The notes under the pieces were generated by a model. It was not told where the DNA came from. It searched no databases and worked only from the letters and a program-made list of their open reading frames with translations. Shown piece after piece: positions 54,729-55,401 of a stretch of DNA of 55,401 nucleotides. Source of the stretch: Salpingoeca rosetta (lineage: Eukaryota; Protista; Choanoflagellata); NCBI GenBank assembly GCA_033442325.1, contig JAWQFM010000025.1, positions 653,507 through 708,907 on the forward strand, given 5' to 3'. The translations under genes were made by a program, and so were the position numbers. Position 1 is the first letter of the stretch. Every line of letters starts with the position of its first letter.

Positions 54729-55391
54729 TCAGCCAGACACACCCACATGAGCAAAGGTCCACTCCTGCAGTTGTGGTCGTGCGCGTGTGTGTTGGGGAGG
54801 GCATGAGCAGACGGAGTTGTGTAAGGGACTGGATTTGATGAAGGAAACGAGGGCCACACACAATCCACACCGCACGAGATGGAAGTGCGCACAACGTGCA
54901 AGGTGCAAACAAACACACACACACACACACTTGAGACAACCACTCATGCACAGCTTTCACTCCTTCTTACGCACACACATAACAACAACAACAATTTAAA
55001 CAACAACAACAACAACAATTTAAACAACAACAACAACAACTGCAACAACAACTTCAACAACAACAACAACTCAAACAACAACAACTCAAACAACAACTTA
55101 AACAACAACAACAACAACAACTTAAACAACAACAACTTAAACAACAACAACTTAAACAACAACAACTTAAACAACAACAACTTAAACAACAACAACAACA
55201 ACTCAAACAACAACTTAAACTTAAACAACAACAACAACAACAGCTACAACCTTGCGGAGGCGGTGGTAGAGGGTGGCTGCCCTGAACATTGAGATGTTGA
55301 GGATGGGAGCGCTCGCCTCGCCGTCCGAGTAGACCACAACTGTGCCGCGCCCAAAAATGCGCTGGAACACATTGCGACGCAGCGCCAGGTC
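54729..55391 (-). CDS. 3' end of a gene that starts beyond the window; possible bacterial-type PH (bPH_2/DUF304-like) domain
   Basis: Exon 55391-55251 (DLALRRNVFQRIFGRGTVVVYSDGEASAPILNISMFRAATLYHRLRK) splices in phase 0 to 54764-54729 (EWTFAHVGVSG*). FQRIFGxGTV resembles the bPH_2 motif. Confidence 0.55.
54981..55241. repeat. (AAC)n tract with a higher-order TTAAAC(AAC)3 pattern, intronic
   Basis: Repeated cttaaacaacaacaa units inside the last intron of the minus-strand gene at the window end. Confidence 0.9.
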
Positions 55392-55401
55392 CTATTTATA
55401 G

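Noticed and set aside
54981-55241. TTAAAC/AAC repeat as a telomeric repeat or poly-Asn CDS
   Set aside because: It is not TTAGGG-like and lies within a GT-AG intron of the minus-strand gene.

Overview
Eukaryotic, intron-rich genomic DNA with introns packed with (CA/TG)n, (CAT)n and (AAC)n microsatellites and two assembly gaps (1157-1975, 49113-49212). Gene content and intron style suggest a choanoflagellate, probably Salpingoeca (inference). Most ORFs in the supplied track are microsatellite artefacts; I rebuilt the real genes by hand from GT-AG exons. In order: (1) an Ig-domain receptor tyrosine kinase-like protein whose kinase has lost its catalytic residues; (2) flagellar DRC2/CCDC65; (3) an intronless secreted galaxin-like di-cysteine repeat protein; (4) NADPH-cytochrome P450 reductase that appears to lack its FAD-binding RYYS segment; (5) an intronless LRR-like tail-anchored orphan; (6) a HET/TIR-like + TPR + PH protein; (7) an HPS5-like protein with a very large charged insert; (8) frequenin/NCS-1; (9) a PH-PX-acidic linker-PH-Arf-like multidomain protein; (10) the 3' end of a possible bacterial-type PH domain gene. 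No rRNA, tRNA, CRISPR array or clear transposon was found. The strongest candidates for novelty are the receptor pseudokinase, the HET/TIR-like-TPR-PH protein, the PH-PX-Arf-like fusion and a 5'-(TG)n / 3'-(CA)n polarity seen in many introns.
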